A stretch of DNA of 64,000 nucleotides from an uncultured Candidatus Rokubacteria bacterium (GTDB taxonomy: Bacteria; Methylomirabilota; Methylomirabilia; Rokubacteriales; CSP1-6): positions 192,001 through 256,000 of the forward strand of contig CAVWWD010000005.1 in assembly GCA_963758635.1 (NCBI GenBank), given 5' to 3'. The notes under the pieces were generated by a model that saw only the letters and a program-made list of their open reading frames with translations, was not told where the DNA came from and did not search any database. Below are positions 59,413-64,000 of the stretch, piece by piece (within the stretch, counting starts at the first letter, position 1; every line of letters begins with the position of its first letter). The translations under genes and the position numbers were made by a program.

Positions 59413-62400
59413 ATGAGACGAACGTCCTGGCTCCGCCTCGGTGTCGCGCTCGGCGTCCTCCTGGTCGGGCTCGTCGTCGCCGCGACGCTGATCCTCGCCG
59501 CGCTCGGCCCCGCGCTGACGCGCGAGCGCATCGAGGCGGCCCTGGCCGGCGCGCTCGAGCGTCCGGTGCAGATCGGCGCCGTGCGGCTCCAGCCGTGGCG
59601 CCTGCGCCTGTCCCTGGCCGACGTGGCCGTGCCGGACGCCCGCGCGAGCGCGCTCCGCCGCCTGGCCGCCTCGCGCGTGGACGTGTCGCTGTCCGTCTCC
59701 AGCGTCTGGCATCGGCAGATCGTGATCGCCATCGACGTGCATGCGCTCAACGTCGCGGTCGACAGCGACGCGGGCCCGCCGACCGGCGCCTCGCCCTTTC
59801 CCCTGCCCGAGACGTTCTCGCTGGGCCCGGTGGAGGCGCGTCTCGGCGCCATCCGCGCCACCTCCGCCCGCGTGGACTTCCGCGGCGGCGGTGTCGGGCT
59901 CGCCGCCGACCGGCGTGGACGCCACCGCGCATATCGCGGGCGGCGGCCTGGAGATCCGGCTCGACGCGGACCGGCTGCGCGTGGACGCCGCGGGCCTCAG
60001 CGAGGAGGCGCGCCGCCTCGCAGCAGAGCGGCCGCCTCGACGCCGACCGTGTCGAGGTGCGCCGGCTCGCCTGGCGCTGGCACGACCAGCCCGTGCTGGT
60101 GGAGGGACAGGTGCGCCAGCCGTGGGGATCCGCGCCCGAGCTGGCATTGCGCGCGACGGGTGACCTGCCCCTCGCGCCGGTGGCGCGGCTGGTGGGCGCC
60201 GGCGCCCAGGTCGACGGCCTCGCCCGGATCGTCGCGCGCGCCGAGGGTCCGCTCGCGGCGCTGCGCGTCGGTGGCCGCGTGTCCGCGGCGCCGGTCGCCG
60301 TGGCGGGCCAGGCCGTGGACACCGTCACGGTGGACGCGCGGTGGGAAGCGGGCACGCTCCACCTCGATGCGATCCAGGCGACCGCCGGCGGGGCACGGCT
60401 GTCCGCCCGCGCCACGGTGGATCCCGTCCCCGGCGCGGGAACGCGCCTCGCGGTCGCGGTGACCGAGATCACGTTGCCGCCGGCGCTCGGCGGCCTGCGC
60501 GACGGCCGGGGGAACGTCGACGCGAGCGTCGCCGGCGGCGCGATCGAGGTCACGCGCGGCCGTCTCACGTGGAAGGCCGCCGAGGTCGCTCTCGACGGCC
60601 GCGCCGGCGCCGACGGAGCGCTCGCGGGTCACGTGTCGCTCACCGGCGATCTCGCCGCCCTCGTCGTCGCCCCGAAGCTCCGCCCGGCGGCCGGCCGCCT
60701 CGACCTCCGCGGGCAGCTGTCCGGGCGGCTCGCCGCGCCCGAGATCACCGGCCGGCTCGATCTCGCCGCGCTCGTCCTCGCCGGGCGCGCCGTGGAGCCG
60801 GTGGCCGCGCGCTTCCGTCTGGCTCCCGCCCGATCCGCGAGCGCGGGCGCGCGGAAGTGGGATCTCGCGCTCGACGTCCCCCGGATCGCCTCGGCGCCGG
60901 TCGTCCTGGAGGACGTGGGCGCCGCGCTTGCCCTCGGGACCGCTGGCGTGGAGGTGACCGACTTCCGCGTCCGCGCCTCCGGCATCCCCCTGAGCCTCGC
61001 CGGGACGTGGGGCTGGGACGGCGCCGGTCGCGGACGGCTGTCGCTCGGACCGGCCGCGCTCGATCGCGTCGCCGGCGTCCCCCCAGGGCTCGGCCTCTCC
61101 GGATCGGCGCAGGGGCAGGCCGAGATCACCGTCGGCGGGCGGCCAGGCGTCCGTTGCGGGAGCGGTCCAGCTCGACCGGCTCTCCGCCGGCGGGATCGGG
61201 CTCGGGCGGGGCCGGGTCGACGTGCGCCTCCGCGGCGCCGAGCTCACCGCCGAGCTGGCGCTGCCCGCGCGAAAAGCGCGCGTGGAGGCGCGCGGGAAGC
61301 TCGCGGCGGGTGGCACGATCGACGCGCGCCTCGAGGTGCTCGACCAGGGCCTGAAGGATCTCCTCGCGGAGCTGAGCCCCGGCGCGGCCGGCCTCGTCGA
61401 GGGCCGAGTTTCCGCGAAGGGCGAGTTCGCCATCCCGCTCGATCGGCCCGACACCACGGCGGGCACGCTGCGCGTCGAGCCCGCCGGGCTGGCGCTCCTC
61501 GGCGAGGCCTGGACGAGCCACGGCCCGGTGACGCTCCGATGGGAGCGCGGCGCGCTGACCCTGGCGTCGCTCCGCCTCGAGGGCCCGGCCGGCGCCATCA
61601 CCGGCTCCGGCACGCTCGCCGGCGCCGACCCGATGCAGGTCGCATTCGTGTGGGACAACGCGCGCCTGCCCGGCGCGCTGGCCGAGGTCGGCCGCGGCAC
61701 GGCGCGCGCCGAGCTGCGCGGGCGCGGCGGCGACGTCGAGCTGTCGCGTCTCGACGCCCGGTGGCCGGGCCTCTCGCTGGTGGCCACCGGACGGGCGAGC
61801 GCCGCAGGTCTGGCCGCGTTCCGCGGCGAGGCGTCGGCCGACCTCGCCCGGCTGTCCCGCGCGGGTGGCCCGGCCGCCACCGGGACCGCCACCGCCGTCG
61901 TCGAGGCGCGCGGGCCGTGGAGCGCGATCGAGGCGACCGCCCGCCTGCGGGCGCCGGCGCTCGAGGTCTCGGGCGCGACGGTCGCCGACGTCGACGTCCC
62001 GCTGCGGCTCGACCGGCGCACCCTGCGCGTGGAGGGCGCGCGGGCGCGGGTGGGATCGAGCCGGCTCGCCGGCGACGGCACCGCGTCGGTGCCCGACGGC
62101 ACCCCGCTCACGCCCGATGGGCTGTCGCGGGCCCTCCGCTTCACCGCGCAGGCGCGCGCGCCGGCCCTCCGGCTGGAAGACGTGGGGCCCCTGCTGCCGT
62201 CGGCGGCACGCGGCCGGGGCGAGCTGGCCGTGGCGGCGCGCGCGGAGGGCACGGGCCAGGCGTGGCGCGGCACGGCGACCGTCACCGGAAGCCGCGCGGA
62301 GGTCGGCGGCACCGTGCTGCGCCAGGTCGCCGCGGCCGTCGCGTTCGACCGATCGCGCGTCGAGCTGACCGAGCTCTCCGCGGAGGCCGCCGACCTGCCC

Positions 62401-64000
62401 ATCCGCGCCCGGGGCGTCTGGGACTGGACGGCGGGCGGGCGCGCCAGCGCCACCATCGGGCCGGGCCGGCTCGCCGGCGTGGGCCCGCCCGCGCTCGGCC
62501 TCGCCGGAACCGGCAGGGCGAGCCTCGAGCTCACGGCGCGTCCCGCCGTCGCGCCCGTGGTCGAAGGATCGGCGCAGGCGGAGCTGGACGGCTTCGCCGT
62601 GTCCGGATTCACGCTCGGCCGCGGCCGCGCGGACCTGACGCTCAGGGCCGGCGCGCTCCGGGGCGCGCTCGCATTCCCGGAGCGGCAGCTCGCGGCGAAC
62701 GTGGAGGGCGCCATCGCCGCCGACGGCGCCCTCCGGCTCGCGCGCGCCGAGGTGACCGCCCGCGAGGGCACGCTGACCGCGACCGGCGGGATCGGCCCGG
62801 CCGGGCTCGACCTCCGCGCGCAGGGTCGCCTGCCTCTCGACGTGCTGCCGTCCTTCTCGCCGGCGATCCGCGATGGCGGCGGCGTGCTCGAGATCGCCGC
62901 GCGCGCGTCGGGCGCGCTCGCCGCGCCGGTGCTGTCGGGCGAGGGCGCGGTGCGGGGCGGCCGGCTGCTGCTCCGCGACCGTCCGGAGACGCTGCGGGAC
63001 ATCGAGGCGCGCTTCGCGCTCTCCCCGCAAGGGATCCAGCTCCGCGAGGCCACGGCCACCATGGGCGGCGGGCGCCTCACGGCCCGCGGCGACGCCGCGC
63101 TCGACGGCCGCGCGATCGGCGCGTACCGGGTCCACGTCTCCGCCCGCGGCGTCTCGCTGGTCACCATCGAGGGGCTGTCGAGCGCCTGGGACGCCGAACT
63201 GGACCTGTCCGGCCGCGGCGGCGAGGCGTGGCTCCAGGGCGGAGCGCGCCTCGTCCGCGGCGTCTACACGCGCGACCTCTCGCTGCTGTCGATGGCGCTC
63301 TCGCGGCCGCGGCCGGAGGCCGCCGTCTCCGAGGGCCGGCTCCATCTCCTCGTCCGCGTCCGGCTCGACGAGAACCTGGCCGTGCGGACGCGCACCGCCG
63401 ATCTCCGGGTCGGCGGCGCTCTGACCGTCCAGGGCACGACCGGCGCGCCCGTGGTCTTCGGCGCCATCGAGAGCCGCGACGGGCGGATCGTGTTCCGCGG
63501 GCACGACTTCACGGTGACGAGCGCGTCCGTCCGCTTCGCCGACCCGCGCGCGGTCGACCCGTTCCTCGACGTGATCGCCACGTCCCGGATCCGCGAGTAC
63601 GAGGTCACGGTGCAGCTCAGCGGGCGCCTCTCCGACCTCTCGGTGCGGATGAGCTCGGTGCCCCGCCTGCCGCCGGACGACCTGGTGGCGCTGGTCTCGT
63701 TCGGCGTCACGAAGGCCGAGCTGAAGGACTCGCCGGCGAACGTGCTGCTCGGCGAGACAGGGCGGACGCTGGCCCAGAGCCTGCTCGGCATCGATCCGAG
63801 CCAGAGCGGCCTCCGGGTGAGCGTGGTCTCGTCGGACGACAGCCAGAGCGACCCGTATCGCGTGTGGGAGGACGAGCGCGACCGGAGCGCCACCAGCCGC
63901 CGGACCGGAGACCAGCGCGAGAAGGTGCGGCTCGAGTACCGCCTGCTCGAGCAGCCCGTGTTCCTCTCCGCGGAGTACGATCCGGAGGGCGGCTACGGCG
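59413..64000 (+). CDS. TamB/AsmA-like translocation and assembly module protein (frameshifts ~59910, ~60029, ~61145; runs off window)
   Basis: N-terminal TM anchor, long Gly/Ala beta-taco repeats, C-terminal DUF490-like L.V.GT..P.V.G, F.D....DP.LD, S.P.L. Confidence 0.7.

Overview
A very GC-rich bacterial chromosome segment. Gene content and style suggest a Rokubacteria/Methylomirabilota-like diderm (inference only), and several single-base frameshifts suggest a long-read assembly. 1-39.6 kb is a + strand housekeeping run: LPS core/heptose cluster, trpS-scpAB-rluB, pheA-hisC-tyrA-cmk-plsC-rpsA-sppA-ihfB, HIT-mutS-mutL-miaA-hflX, pgsA-DUF512-der, SPOR-ihfA-MerR, two tRNA-Pro and surE-pcm-acyP-nlpD-rpoS. 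39.6-46.7 kb is a patchwork of small accessory genes. It includes an apparently uncharacterised module of three genes: stand-alone domain A, stand-alone Arg-rich DRR/ERR domain B, and a B-A fusion, each preceded by a sigma54-type GG-N10-GC promoter. A XerCD dif-like site lies at 46727-46754, where the dominant gene orientation and spot-checked KOPS-like octamers flip, so this is probably the replication terminus. 46.9-59.1 kb is a - strand, GntR/HutC-associated acyl-CoA catabolic cluster (TPP enzyme, CoA-transferase, Mo-hydroxylase subunit, two CoA ligases, MetE-like protein). A TamB-like gene runs off the end of the window. There are three dispersed repeat families: an 80-bp TA-flanked MITE-like element (5 copies), a ~75-90-bp TAG/CTAG-bounded element (3 copies), and boxC-like hairpins.
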